Assembly (NCBI RefSeq): GCF_963506605.1
Contig: NC_083280.1
Location: 22,196,001 to 22,260,000 of the forward strand
Direction: 5' to 3'
Length of the DNA: 64,000 nucleotides
Origin: Zootoca vivipara
Lineage: Eukaryota
Positions within the stretch are counted from its first letter, which is position 1. Every line of letters starts with the position of its first letter. A program made the translations under genes and the position numbers. This document shows, piece by piece, positions 11,987-26,406 of the stretch. A model generated the notes under the pieces. It did no database searches, was not told the DNA's origin, and worked only from the letters and a program-made list of their open reading frames with translations.

Positions 11987-13210
11987 TAGTGGGTATGCCA
12001 CTGTGATGACCATTCCTGGAACAAGATAGCTTGACCACAGTAGTCAAAAGTATTCATACCTTCAAGACGAGATGGCAAAAATGTGTGAGGCTTAGTTTGC
12101 AGGTGGCCTGGAAGCTGCAGGTAGTTCAGAGCGCTGCCACATGATTGTTGACAGGAGTGAGATACCTCCAGCATATTGTACCTCTGTTCAAAGGTGTGCA
12201 CAGGCTGCCCATTGGTTGATGGAACAGGCTCAAGATTTTACTATTAGTACATAAAGTCCTGAATAGCTTGAGACCAGTTTAGTTGACAAATCACCTTGCC
12301 CACTCAACCACTTTGATCTGTGGAGCTTGTGCTTCCTTGGAGGTTTTTAAGCAGAGGTTGGATGGCCATCTGTCAAGGATGCTTTAGCTGAGATTCCTGC
12401 ATTGCAGGGGGTTAGACTAGATGACCCTTGGGACCCTTCCAGCTCTAAGATTCGAAGTGCCACATGATGTCCATTCTGTATCTGCTAGGTGTTGAAATTT
12501 CAGTGTGGCGACATCAATGTTCGCTATACTGTTTTAGGCACCTGCTAAAATCTTTATTTTATTGAAACAAGCCTATTCGGTTGTATAATTTAATATTTGC
12601 TTTATATTAATGTACGGTATATTGCTTGCAGATTTGTTTTTTTTAATTAAGCAGCTTAAGTTTTTTTTAAAATATAAACAAAGGGAGGCCTGACCCTTGT
12701 AATCTTTGGCATAGTCAAACTCTTGTGCTCAAACTCTTCTTTTTGCTTATCCAACGGTCAGGTGCTTTTAAAAAATAACAATATAAATCCATACACAGGG
12801 AATTGGAAAAGGTCCCTATATATATCCTTACTGACTCTAGAGGTAATAGGTCTGCATATGAATAGATTCCAAAATCTGTGATCCTACTGTGTTATCGAAA
12901 TGATATGCAACGGCGATGAAGATTAGCCTGTTTCATGGCAGTCTTGAAAGCGTTTTAATCTGACATCACTCTTTAGTTCCTAGAACTATAGATATGCAGA
13001 AATAGCGAGAAACAAAATGTACCAGTGAAACTGAAAAGGAAAAGTCACTTTCTTTTCATGAAAGCCAGATGCTTGTCTAAGGCCACTATGCATGGGAGTC
13101 CAGGATTTGGGCGTGTAATTCAAGAATTTTGATAAGCATGCCTCTTGTTTGCAGATGGTGTTTTAACAGAGCTGTTTTGTTCTGTCTTTGTTTGCCATGC
13201 TTCTGTATAG

Positions 13211-13221
13211 TACAAATCTGA
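13211..13221 (+). CDS. PLCH1: PLCH1 candidate alternative microexon (13211-13239) ending a short isoform in …VQI*
   Basis: Strong pyrimidine tract plus tatag|. Joining the phase-1 donor at 11147 gives G|TA CAA ATC TGA. There is a donor gaag|gtaatg at 13240. This agrees with my recollection of a short mammalian PLC-eta1 isoform ending VQI. Confidence 0.65.
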
Positions 13222-13535
13222 ATAGGAACCCAGCTGAAGGTAATGGTTATGGTACCTCATTGACATTCTTTGCAACAAATATTACATCACGCCTGCAGTG
13301 ATGTAATGAAACATTAAAGAAAAGCTTCAATGAAGTGCTATATATTTCCTCATTTCCTCATATCACATGGATAATTTGCACTAAACTTGCACAATCCCAT
13401 AATTAAGTCCTTTCACAATTGTGATCGATTTTTACATTCTCCATTTACCTATTCCAAGACAAAATGTAGCCATAAAAAGATGGACGAGCATCTTCCTAAC
13501 CACTGTTTTTGTGTTTTGTTTTTAAATTGATATAG

Positions 13536-15592
13536 CAAAAAGTAAAAAAGCTACCAAAGAGGACCAAGCACACCTGAAAGAAGCAGTCACCTCCTCTTCT
13601 CCTGAGAAAGATTTCTCATTTGCAAAGTTTGCATCTCCATTTAAAAGAGAGGCCATCGAAGCTGGCATTTATGTGAGCTCACCTGTGTATGAAAAGCCGG
13701 AAACCCTAGACTTTGCCATTGGGATAGCTGAAACCTATTTCTCCACCGAGTATTGGAAAAGTAATCTTTCCAGCGAGTCTGTTCAACCAAAGGAGGAACT
13801 TGAAAGGGACAAGAATGAAGGTATATGTTGCATGGGTCAAAAGGTCGATGATGCTCTATTTTGCAAAGAGAGAGAACTAGTAGCTGGAAATTCTCTTTCT
13901 CCAGGACAACAAGAAGTAACTAGCATTAGATCTCATGCAGTAGTAAATAGTACTATAACCAATTCCCCACTACCTGATGTATCTTCACCTACCTGTAGTG
14001 ATGTCCGTGACTTTCATTCCATACCAGCCATACAAGATAGTGACATTTCTCATCTGATCAGTGAGGTCTCTTTAACAGACGAGAGTGATGTGGGCAGTTC
14101 TGTCTCAGCACTGATAGGACAGTTTGATGTCACAAATGACCAGACTAAGTTGACTGTTGTTCCAAGTCCTCCTGGAATTAGCAAAAAGATTGACAATAGG
14201 AAGCCTGCACATGTACCACAGATGTCTCCAAGTGATCAGAATACATCTTTTGACCACAAGTCTCCTAGTGTAATGCCAAAAATTACTATGATATCAACCC
14301 CTCAGACAACAGAGTGTTCACTGTACACAATTATCCATGAGGCTTCGCTTTCTCCAGCCTCTCACCAAGCATCAATTGGCAAACCTCCTTGCAAGGACAC
14401 AACGTATGTTGAAGAAGATACTTGTCCGGTGTTTTCTTGCATTTCACCTGGGCTAAATGCAAGCACTAAAAGGAAGTGTGGAGCCAACTGGAACTCTCTT
14501 AGCAATAGCAACTCTTGCATCTCTGACAACTCAGATTTGGAACATACAATAGTTGTCCCTTTCACTTGTGTAAATTCTACAGGCAGCAGCCTAATGGAAG
14601 TTGATGGAGAGCTGCAGGACCTATTGATAACTGCCTATGAATATAAGAGAGAAGATATGAGCCAAGTTGCTTCTCCTCTGAAACTTAAGCATAATCAGGA
14701 CACTCTGTACTATGACAGTTCAGTCTGCAGAAACCTAACTAGTGAGGATCTCTCCAACACCAACCTACTTGAAGACTTCAAGTTCAGGAGCAAGAAGAAT
14801 CAATATCTTCCTTACCCAGAACATCAGTGTGTTGATCTTTTGTACCAAAATTATTTGCACATTTCAGACACCAAAAATGAATGGTTAAACATCTCTCCTA
14901 CAGGTAACATGGAGAACTCTCCTGCTCTTAAGCATTCTCTGCCTTCTCCCTCAGCTCAAAAACAACCAAGTCCTTGTAAATCCAAGAGCCTTGGAGACTT
15001 AACATCAGAAGACATCTCGTGCAATTTTGAAAGCAAGTACAAGTATATCAGCAGAGGTTTCATTACATCTGGCATGAGAGACAAGATGGTGACGGCTCTG
15101 AAGGCTAAGAGACCACAGGCTACAGATTCCCTGACGGAACAGTTACGAAAGCTAGTGTCCTTTGATCAGGAGGACAGCAGCTGCCAGTCATTTTGTAACA
15201 AGCAGGATGACGATTGCCCTAAAATGTTGGTCAGAAAACTGTCGTCCAGGAGTCAGAGCAGAGTGAGAAACATTGCTAGTCGTGCCAGGGAGCGACAAGA
15301 AGCCAATAAGCAGAAACTTTCTAATGCTAGCAGTAATGTAGCAGACATAGTCCTTAGAAATAAGCCTCTTGTCCCTCCTCACATTATCAATAGACATTCC
15401 ACTGGCTCTTACATAGCAAGCTATCTGGATAACTTCAATACAGACAATCTGGTGGACCGAGGGGTTCCGGAGGGTGCATGCACATCATTGCGCTATGCGT
15501 ACCATGACCGGTTTTATACAGATGACTCTCTTTTAGAGGCCAAGCCAAGCGAAGACGATAAACCAGAAATCTATTTTCTCCTGAGACTGTAA
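13536..15592 (+). CDS. PLCH1: PLCH1 terminal coding exon (long Ser-rich tail, ends …DDKPEIYFLLRL*)
   Basis: tatag| acceptor at 13535, in frame with ORF 13673-15592. Conserved blocks PSPCKSKSLGDLTSEDI, LTEQLRKLVSFDQED and LVRKLSSRSQSRVRNIASRA, plus the C-terminal PEIYFLLRL that I recognise as PLCH1. Confidence 0.93.
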
Positions 15593-18500
15593 ATTGTATA
15601 AATGTACATCTCCATTGTTTACAAGCTTTCTCACAGAATGAAGGATGACCCGTAAGCAACGTAGCCATTAGCATTTAAATGACTCGGAAATGTATTCTTT
15701 TCGCTACTGTTTGAGCCTTGTCATGAATTAATGTGTCCATTGCCATTTACAGTTGATGTAAATAGATGTTGTAAAACTTTATGTACTTGGTCTTTTCCCT
15801 CATTTTTTAAAGGAATTATACACAAAAAAATGTTGTTTGCATGACATAAAATGCAAGAGGTCCTGATGTCTTGTATTTGAAATGCTTGTACAATAGAATT
15901 TGGTATGGCTATTGATTACCACAAAATGCTGCACTCAATACAATGTTTCTTCCCTCTTTTGCCTCTCTCATTTAGCTACTTCTAAGGAATTTTAGAGTAT
16001 TTTATTATCTCCACGATGTTCCCTCCTTTGAACCTAATCACACAGCTTTTTAATTGATACCATTCTCATCAAAGAAATTAAATACACCTATATTTATTAG
16101 AGTGTGATCATGGTAATAGTAAGCACACTGAGGCGGTGCTGTTTTACGCTAGTAAAAGGGATGATGGGGACACACATTTTTAATTCCAAATGTTGAAACA
16201 AAGGTTTTGAATTTTCAAGTACAAATTTCAGATTTGGGGGAGGAAAAAGTAAAGGTAGCAAACTTAAAGCCTCACTTCATTGGCAGAAGGGAAAGAAAGC
16301 TTAAATGACAGTGACATGTCTTAAAATACACATTAGGATGTGAAGTTTGGGTTTCAGGATTTCAGGATTTTGTGTGTGGAGGGGTGAGAAATGGCCTCAG
16401 TCATACTACCATTTGTGCTTTCAAAGCACTGGCCTGCTTCTCTTGTGCTGAGACTCTACTGAGTATGCACATGAGGAATAATATACCCCTGACTCTGAAG
16501 GGAACGGAGCAAGCATTGTCCCCAAGAAGTTCTGCAATGTTTATGGACCCCCACTTGTCTCTTGAATCATGTGTTCTGTTTGCTATCTTTGTTTCAATCT
16601 ACACTTCAGATCTGTCTACAATTGCTGACTTTTTACATTGGGGTGGCTAACTTCTGGAGTTGTTGTTGCTGAACTACAACTCTCATCATCCCTGATAATT
16701 GACCATACTGGCTGAGACTCATGAGAGTGGTAGTTCAGCAACATCTGGAAGGCTACTGGTTGTCCACCTTTGTTTTACATGAACCGAGAATCATGTTGAT
16801 TTGTTTCACGTGTCTGTATCTCAGCATTGGATATCTGCCTGTTTTGAAACCAACACAGTTGATTAAACATCTTCCTACCCTTTGGGTGCATATCCTCTTA
16901 AGTATTATATAGGTTCACTCTTTCCACATTGGTTGCCTGGCTGTGTAAACTAAGTGGAATCTGATCTCATGGAACTACAGAGTTTAAATCCTGCCCAGTC
17001 ATACATAGTTAATTAAATACTAGGGGTTTTCTAAGGGTATCGCCAAGTTCCAAAATATCGTGCTTGTATTTGTGACTAGATAAACAGTACTGCAGCAGCA
17101 TCTAGTGACAGAAACCAAACACTGGATGATCAGGAAAAGGGGGAGCAGCTGCATCCCATTCAAACATTCCTTGAAACTTTCCATTTTTGAAACTTGCATG
17201 CAAAACTTGGGTGATCCAAGCACAGAGGCCCAGTGCAGATGTAACATTCCTGATCCTCTGATCATGGTGTGTCATTGACTTTCTTCCTTTCTGTGTGATT
17301 TCCCGCCTTCTCTTCTGTGTTTTCCTTTGACCATGACGTGATATTTCATTTCTATCAGATGTAGCCATGGTTAACATCAAGATTACCCATGTCACCAGTG
17401 TTTGGAATCAGGGTTGGTGGGTTTTCCAAACCCAGGTTTCAATGGAATCTAGCTCATGTTAACCATGGTTTAAATTGATGCAGTTGCAACAATTGTGTTG
17501 CTTTACTCAACTATGTAAAGTTTTTTTTGGGGGGGGGGGTTGAGGGGGGGAGGGTTGAAAGGAAAAACAGAAGCCAAAAAAGTTTGTCATTAAAAACCTA
17601 CCTAAGATTTATAAGACTATCATATCTTCTTTTCCAATAGAAGCTTTTTCACATTTCTCTGGGATCTATTAGATACCCATCTCTGATGGTCATAAAGGTG
17701 AAGATGATGCAAATATTGGGCTGCATACTCACCATTCATTTAAATCACATGACTTTCCCTCAAAGAATCCTGGGGACTGTTTAAGAGTGATGTGAACTGT
17801 AGCTTTGTGAGGGGGAACCTGCAGTTCCCTGGATTATTTGTGGAAATTGTGTGCTTTAAATGTATGGCCTGTTTGTCCAGCCTTGCTTTCCATGTATTTT
17901 GTTCCGTATATTTGGCAGTGAAAGACAGCAGCAAATTGGTGCAGAAGTTATGGGCCAATACACACTGTCTGAAACACTATTTTTTTGCACCTCCTTTCAT
18001 ATGAGGGGCAAAAGAAACCCTAGTAAACCATGATCACCAAGCTAACAACTAAACTTAGTTTAACCCTGGGCAGCAATTATGGTTTGCTAGGGTGAAACAA
18101 ACCATGCTTCTGGGTTCAGATGCCGCATTAAGCTAGCCACTTCGTGGTTTAGTTACCCACTCATGGGGGGGGGAATGCAGCAAGAGGGCTCAACTCCTGC
18201 ACAACAAGCTCAGAATTATGTGCAAACATGGCCACAATTATTCCACACTTAGAATAGGAAAAACTAGGGTGTTCATCATGCGCTTTTGAGACAAGGGCTT
18301 TTTCAGGAAGAGTGATTGTAAAAGAAAAAAGAAAAAAATCTTGTCCAAGCTCTTTCCTGTAGACTAGAAAAATGCAACATTATCCTAGAGGGTTTGTTCT
18401 CATTGTAAGCTGAATTTCTGGTTCAGTGTAAAAGTAATACCTCTTTTTCTTTTGTAATACAAGATATTATTTGTATTCATGGAAGACAAACATTAAAATA

Positions 18501-18977
18501 AATTCTTAAGCACCGAAATGCATGTTTTTGAAAAAAGAAACCAAGTTGAAAGACGCTGTCAAGTGAGTGGCAGTTTATAACAGCAGTTGTTCTGTCTTTT
18601 CACCCACATTCACTCTTTTCAAGGGGAAAATCACTTCTCAATTCACAAGATGGACAGTCATTCTGTCTAACTCAGTGTAGCCTGAAGGACTGCACTTTTT
18701 CACAGTGGAGGCTGCAGAAGTATCCGGCTTTGAAATAAAACTTGCATAGGCTGTATCTTTCTTGACCTGGCACACACTTCTGCAACAGAATTAGATTAGC
18801 TTTCAACACACCTGTATAGAAAGCTTTGATTCCTAACAATAACCAGGGCACTCTATCCTGTGCACACACTATTTATTCTTTACTTTGAATAAATAGTTTT
18901 AAAGGTGGAAAGTAAACGCACTTGTTCCGTATGCACCTATGACATGAAGATCTCTCATTCCCCCATAGGTTAAAACA

Positions 18978-19235
18978 AGGTAAAGGACCCCTGGACGGTT
19001 AAGTCCAGTCATAGGCGACTATGGGGTTGCAGTGCTCATTTCGCTTTCAAGGGAGCCAGCGTTTGTCCACAGACAACTTTCCAGGTCATGTGGCCAGCAT
19101 GACTTAAACCGCTTTTGGCACAACAGAACACTATGACGGAAACCAGAGCACACGGAAATGCCGTTTACCTTTGTGCCGCAGCGCTACCTATGTATCTACT
19201 TGCACTGGCGTGCTTTCGAACTGCTAGGTTGCCAG
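18978..19235 (-). mobile_element. Sauria SINE, 5'-truncated
   Basis: aggtaaagg tail in reverse complement, plus the core sequence. Confidence 0.85.
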
Positions 19236-20598
19236 GAGCCATTGTTTGTAAATGGGTCTATGGCAACAAGTCTGGTCTGTAGTGTGGATAACGACCAAAT
19301 GGGCATGGTTTTCTCTTTTTACACACTTCATTCTGCTGCTTCTGCTGTTTATAGGGAGGACAAAGAACTCAAGAGGGATACAGTTTCTCACTTCTCCCAT
19401 CCATTTCCTGGCAGTCAAACACACTGAGTACTGGAAATCATGTTCATTCTCTCCCAAACTTTCAGCCATAACTCCACAGACTTAAGAACCGGAAATGTGG
19501 CGTTTCTTTAAACACACACCCAGAGCATTCTTAATTCTTCTGTAAGGCAAATTACATATTATCTTAAATATGTGGTGACACTGATCCACCCCTCCTTCTA
19601 GCACCTATTGATGGTAGCAAATACTGTTTACTAATAGGGACCCAGACTGTAGGAAGGGTACCTAATATTCAAGCTATTGCACATTATTTTAAAACGTTTT
19701 AGTTAATAAAGTTATCCCCATTTAGAAACCCAAATGAGTGCCTTCCCTCTTTATTGTGGGGGTTAGGGACAAGAGGCCTTTCCTCCCTCTGCTGATTTTT
19801 ATAAAACCTGGCAGTAATGCAATATGACAAAAATGAGAAAATCTCCATCTAAATTAATTTGAAAGTAATACGTTTTTCAATAATGATACTGGGATGTGAA
19901 ACTGAAAACCAGTTTAAGAACAAAATGATTTCAAAACCAATGAAGAAAGCAATTTGGTCTGACCGACGGAAACCCAAGAAGTAGTGTACCTGCTGAGAAA
20001 CAGGAGTTTATATTGAAGGGGATGTGAGTATTAAGTATTTGGTCTAATTTTTTACCTACCATTTGATATGAGAAAAAAGAAAGGAAGAGCTTCATTGGAA
20101 ATAGAATGAAAACTTCACAATGTATCAGTGGAGGCTGGTTCATTAGCAAATGGGGCACTAGCCCACCAACATCAGTCTGCCCTTAACTAGTCCCTCCCTC
20201 CTTAAACCAGTCCAAGATACAGCCCTGCCTGTCAGCTTCCTTCCTCCAAGTCTCAATGTTGCCCAGCAGGAAGGAGAATTAGTTACCTCTGCCTCTTGTT
20301 AGATGTGGCTCCACCTACTGTCGGCCTCCTTGGATTCCGCCCAATGGGCACCATCCACAGTGGTAAACTCTGGGCTTTCAAATTTCAGTGGCTCCCTGTG
20401 CAGTGCAAAAATTTGGTGCCACCCACCTCTTACCTTCCGTTCCAAGTTGTTGTGGCGCCCCTTGTAGAACCCTCTCAGCTCGGTGCCCGGTGGCAGATGA
20501 ACCGGCCGTACTCCGCTAAATCTGCCTCTGCCAGCCACCACAGCAACACTCAGCTGGTTTTCTAAGAAATGAGTGCAGTCGTCCCTGACTCTTCTATA

Positions 20599-20786
20599 CA
20601 GTGGTACCTCGGTTTATGAACACAATTGGTTCCGGAAGTCTGTTCATAAACTGAAGCGTTCATAAACTGAAGCGAACTTTCCCATTGAAAGTAATGGAAA
20701 GTGAATTAATCCATTCCAGATGGGTCCGCGGCGTTCATAAACCGAAAATTCGTAAACCGAGGTGTTCATAAACCGAGGTTCCACTG
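20599..20786. mobile_element. Tigger/pogo-like MITE
   Basis: TA|cagtggtacctcggtttatgaacac…gtgttcataaaccgaggttccactg|TA. Confidence 0.88.
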
Positions 20787-20977
20787 TATGTGAAAAGGGA
20801 CAAAGGTGTTCATTTGCGCCAGTGCTGCAAATGGAGCTTTCCCTCTTATTTAACACACTCCATGGAAATTTCAGCTGCAGAAAAACAGACACAAGATTGC
20901 TAGATGTGTGGGCAACCTCTAGGGTGGGCATGTATTCCACATTACAAATGATAGTCCTCCATTTGAAGGTGTCCACT

Positions 20978-21665
20978 GATCTAGGAGTCTTGGTAGACCA
21001 CAAACTCGACATGAGTCAACAGTGTGACGCAGTATGATGCAGCAGCTAAAAAAGCCAATGCAATTCTGGGCTGCATCAATAGGAGTATAGCATCTAGATC
21101 AAGGGAAGTAATAGTACCACTGTATTCTGCTCTGGTCAGACCTCACCTGGAGTACTGTGTCCAGTTCTGGGCACCACAGTTCAAGAAGGATACTGACAAG
21201 CTGGATCATGTCCAGAGGAGGGCAACCAAATTGGTCAAAGGCCTGGAAACAATGCCTTATGAGGAACAGCTTAGGGAGCTGGGTATGTTTAGCCTGGAGA
21301 AGAGAAGGTTAAGGGGTGATATGATAGCCATGTTCAAATATATAAAAGGATGTCATATAGAAGAGGGAGAAAGGTTGTTTTCTGCTGCTCCAGAGAAGCG
21401 GACACGGAGCAATGGATTCAAGCTACAAGAAAGAAGATTCCACCTAAACATTAGGAAGAACTTCCTGACAGTAAGAGCTGTTCGACAGTGGAATTTGCTG
21501 CCAAGGAGTGTGGTGGAGTCACCTTCTTTGGAGGTTTTTAAGCGGAGGCTTGACAGTCATCTGTCAGGAATGCTTTGATGGTGTTTCCTGCTTGGCAGGG
21601 GGTTGGACTGGATGGCCCTTGTGGTCTCTTCCAACTCTAGGATTCTATGGTTCTATTCTATGATT
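20978..21665 (+). mobile_element. CR1 LINE 3' fragment (RT C-terminus + 3' UTR)
   Basis: ORF 21024-21578 ([25 protein letters not shown]) and ATTCTATG-type terminal repeats. Confidence 0.95.
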
Positions 21666-23145
21666 GAGGGGGCCTCCAGTTCAATTCCAGTTTCTAAAGA
21701 TAAAGAACCCTCAGAAGGGAGACCAAGGACCTTCAAGTTGCCCATCAATACTTAGTTGGACAGACATGCAGCAGGCATATAGATCACTTGGTCACAGTCT
21801 TCCCCATTGCGGTGATATTTAAATCATAGTCACTGGATTGTATCTAAGGTAGTAGTGAGGAACGTGAAAATAAATATTAAATTATTTTTAAAAATATTCT
21901 CTCTCCGCACAAGAACCCTCTTCCATAGCCCTGGGAACTTCTTTTAAAAAGTGGTGATATTTACCCATCACTATAGAAGAATGGGTGACCTTTGAGAGAA
22001 TGACAAGCCAGAAAGAAGACGGAAGGCGATAAAGCAGATCCTATGCCTATTGCACAGTTTCTGCTGTCTGTAGCTTTCAGCATCTTAAGGCATCCCCCGC
22101 TGAAGTAAACCAAGCCGGACAAAGATGTGATTCCCTAAAGGTCTTTCTGTCCTGAAAGAAAACCAGTGTGTTGCCAGTGCTTCCCATCTCCTTCCCATAG
22201 ATGGATCATATTATGGCCTGAATGTACCACTAACAGCAACTGAAAAGAAGTATACCTCCCCACTACTGCCCCCTTCTCTGTCATTTCCCTTCCTGTATGT
22301 TAGCTGACATAGATTAGGCTGCCTTCCTGGAAGACCTCTGACTTTCTAGGGTACCCTGCAAAAGATATTTGCAAGAGGTGTGTGCAAAGAATGCCAAGTG
22401 ATGTATTGGTCCAGTTTCTCGTTTAATGGAGAGGTCTGCTGGCTAAAAAAAAAATCACCCACCCACCCAAGTGTGGAATAGGCAATTATTCCAATTTGAT
22501 GGGAAATAGTGGTTTGCACCCCATGTGAATTAATTTGTTTGCACTCTCTGAAAGAGCGCATTTATTCAACACCGTATTATCCATCTACTTAACAAATTGG
22601 TAGAGTATGTGAGCAGCACGAGAGCCTACCAGCATTGTTAACAAATCCTAGAATGTCCCATTAAAAAAATATTAAAATTAATATACCACTTTCCATTTAG
22701 TAGAAAATGCAAGGGGCGTCCAGCATAATAAATACAAAATCTATTAAAATTGATGAGTGAAATAACAACAACAACAATATAGTAACCAGGGCATCAGACA
22801 CTGGTACTCAGTGTCAGGAAATGTCTGGGTGAACAGATAGGTTTTCACTTCCTGGTGTAAGCACCCCAACAATGGAGCCTTCCTGATCTTATCTGGGAGT
22901 GCATCCCACCTAGTATGCGCAACAATGGGTGGAAGTAGGGTGCTCCCCCTCTCACCGGATGCATTTCTGAAGGGGTACAGTTGGGGTGTTGGGGGGATAG
23001 TATTTCTGGGGTGGTTTGTTCATTTTTGGTCCCCACCCTGCACTCAGCCTTCACCTGTGGCTCCTAGAAGTTGTCAGCATGAGACAGCAGCCACACCCCA
23101 GGAATGGCTTCGACTGGCCAGCTAAACCAGGCGTTGGTTAGCTGA

Positions 23146-23147
<2 letters not shown>

Positions 23148-23195
<48 letters not shown>

Positions 23196-23520
23196 TTATA
23201 CCCCGCCCATCTGGCTGGGTTTCCCCAGCCACTCTGGGCGGCTTCCAACAGAAGTATTAAAATACAATAATTTATTAAACATTAAAAGCTTCCCTAAACA
23301 GGGCTGCCTTCAGATGTCCTCTAAAAGTCCGGTAGTTGTTTTTCTCTTTGACATCTGGTGGGAGGGTGTTCCACAGGGCAGGTGCCACTACCAAGAAGGC
23401 CCTCTGCCTGGTTCCCTGTAGCTTTGCTTCTCGCAGTGAGGGAACCGCCAGAAGGCCCTCAGTGTCCGGGCAGAATGATGGAGATGGAGACGCTCCTTCA
23501 GGTATACTGGACCAAGGCCG
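23148..23520 (-). mobile_element. L2-like LINE 3' end with (AAT)n microsatellite tail
   Basis: (AAT)n at 23148-23195 adjoining tttataccccgccc…ctctgggcggct. Confidence 0.75.
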
Positions 23521-23974
23521 TTAAACCCTTGACAAGTTAGTGACCTCCCCTGCATGCAAAGACAGGCTACTGCAGATTGAGCGAATGAGGCCAATAGAGG
23601 GGCCAACTGTCAAGAAGGCTGTTTCTTGTGCGTTACAGGGGAAAAAGAGGCGGATGGGGCTCATCAACCTGAGAAGGCAGCCTCTCTAGGAGAAGGAAAA
23701 CTCTGACCCCAAACCTCCGCTGCCTTGCGGGTTATCTTCAGAAGAAGAAAAGGCTAAGGAGTAAATCCTACACAAATCTGGAGTGGAGTCCCTAAGACAG
23801 TTGGATGGCACCTTGTATGCCTACTTCTGGCAACTCCTGCAGTCAAATTGGTGCCAAATGTATTGCTCTGCTTTCTTTTGGACCACATCAGTGAGGCTGA
23901 GAGGGGGATCTTGTCTGGACAGCCCAGGCTTGTGGCCTGGAGAAATCACTTTGGTGTTGCTAAACTGGTCCTGG

Positions 23975-24362
23975 CATGGGCGTACCCAGGATCAAAACTA
24001 GGGGGGGGGCAAGGGGAGGGGCCAAGGCACGGAAGGGGAGGGGCCACAAAGTGGGCGGGAACAGCGAACTCGTGCTCCGCCGGGCTGTGCCCCTCCCTAG
24101 AAGCAGGGCTGGTGGGCGGAGGCGGAGCCCAGCCCAGCGGAGCGCGAGTTCAGCGTTCCCGCCCGCCGCGCCGCGCTCTCTGGTTCCCCGCCGCGCTTGG
24201 CCTTGCCTGAGGGCGCGCCGGGGAGCTGGAGGGAGGGTGCGGCGCGGTGCGGCGGGAATGGCGAACTCGCGCTCCGCCGGGCTGTGCTCCGCCTCTGCCC
24301 ACCAGCTCTGCTTCTAGAGTAGGGCAGCTGCCCTAACTTGCCGCATGGTGGGTACGCCCTTG
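23975..24362. mobile_element. GC-rich hAT-type non-autonomous element
   Basis: TIR catgggcgtaccc…gggtacgcccttg; TSD GGTCCTGG. Confidence 0.85.
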
Positions 24363-26406
24363 GGTCCTGGAACTACTGTATTTAAAGCTTTGTAAACCAA
24401 ACCAAACTTGGCCTGGTAACTAATCAGCAGCCAAAGCAGCTTCTTCCACAAAGGTGTTATGTGTACATGGCAGGGAGCTTTGTTGAGCTACGAAGCTCCT
24501 GCATTCTGGTCCTGCTAGCAAGGAATGATGGGAGTTGTAGTCCAATGACGTCTGCAGACCCAAGGTTGAGAAAGACTGCTCTCATTTTTGCAGCACTGTC
24601 TGATTTCATATCATTTACAAAAAAGGAGGCATATGGATGGATGGTTCTTCCAACCTATGCCAAAGCATGAGTTGCTTGGAAATACAAACAAGATACAAGT
24701 CTTTTTATTTTGTCTTATTTTACTCTAGTTCTATTTCTATTCATAGGGCACACACTTTATAAGAAAGCAAGGGAATTAAGATTAATATTTTTGTTTGAAT
24801 TCAACATATTGGCAATTACGGCGGTATTTACCTTTTCAAATACATAGACGTATTTGTTAAATCTCAACAATGTTCTGTTGTACTCATGTTGCCCCCTTTC
24901 TTATAATTTTAAAACATAAATAAAAATTATATGAACCCCCCCCCTCAAGTACCCTTGATATGACAAGCAAATTGTGCACAAAGCATTGCATGTGCTTATA
25001 ACAGATGTGGTAGGAAACACTCCTTGGCCCTCATTATGTATGTATAAGACAATAGAGTGACTGATTTTACTGATTACTATTCTGCTTCAGTGTGCAAAAC
25101 CTGGAAGCAACAATAAATTGAATTTCTTTGGCAGATTATCTTTAATGTCCTTTTGCTGATGGAGAGACAAATTAGAAATCAGAAAAGTCTGTGACTCAGT
25201 AATTTATTGGACAAGAAGGCTTCCTTCCCCCTCAGTGTTTCAGAATAACTCTAATCTAATCTTTGCTCTTCATTTCCTCTGAGCAGAGTACCTGGGTTAA
25301 GACCAAAAAGTACTGAAAAATAGTGCCATGATGACTCTTCTTGACATCTTCACACACATAATCCTGAACGGAATTAAAAGATTACGATCTGCTGGATGTT
25401 TGGAGATGCAAGAAATCCCTCTGGACTACATCATTTTGTAATATTTTTGCAAGTCCTATATTGAAAAGGCTTTGCTTCTTTAGCCTTAGCTCAGCCAAAG
25501 GACAAAGACTTAACAGTCAGCAACCCAACTTCCTGTAATCTTTTCTGTTCCTTGTTTGCTGGAAATGTCTCGGCTGAATTGACTGCGGTCTTGACAACAG
25601 TTGTAGTAGGAACGGTTTGGTTCCTACCAGCAAATCCTTCATATTCTCTGATATTATAGTAAAATACATTGGAAAACAAAACAAAAACCACGAACGTAAA
25701 CACAGAAGAAATGAAATGGTGTTCTTAAATTAGAGCTGTGTCCCATTGTCTAGACTGAGCATGGATTTTCCAGGAAGTCACTTCCTTTTCACAAGGGCTA
25801 GTAGTGAAACCCTCAACATGTTGCTGCACTACAAGTCCCCAAATCCCTGAAGCCTGGCCTTGCCAGAGGCAGCTGAGACTCAGAGGCAGAGTAGCGCACA
25901 TACTGTGCACCTGGGGGGTGGGGCACCCACCGCACCCCCTTCCTCCGCCAGTGCTGAGACTAGCAGGAGTTGTAGTCCCAACAATATATTGGGAAGAGGG
26001 GAGAAACTACATTGAACAGCCCTACTTGCACATTCTATCTTGCTACTCTAACCTTAGACTTAAGCTTTACAATACCACACAAAGGACTTTGGTTCTTTTC
26101 TTGCTGTATTATCTTCTGGTTCATGCCGCTGTACCTTTTACACAATAAAAGAGACTGCAGAAATTATCTTTGGAGATAATTGCCTTCAAAGTAAGTAGCC
26201 TTTAGGACTGGTAATTCTTAAGCCTAAAGGCTACTTACTTTCTGTGCACACAGTTTATTGATTTGCATTTCTGTTCCAACGATCTTGCATCGCTACCATC
26301 ATAATCTTGCTTCGCTTCTCATCAACAATATCCACCAGCTCACTAAACCCACCTTTTCCTCCTAAGAGCTCTGCCACTGTAGAAAATGTCCTGAACCCCT
26401 GTCCTA

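Noticed and set aside
23975-24362. CpG-island/GC-box-like promoter
   Set aside because: It is bounded exactly by TIRs and an 8-bp TSD, so it is a young transposon rather than a host promoter.
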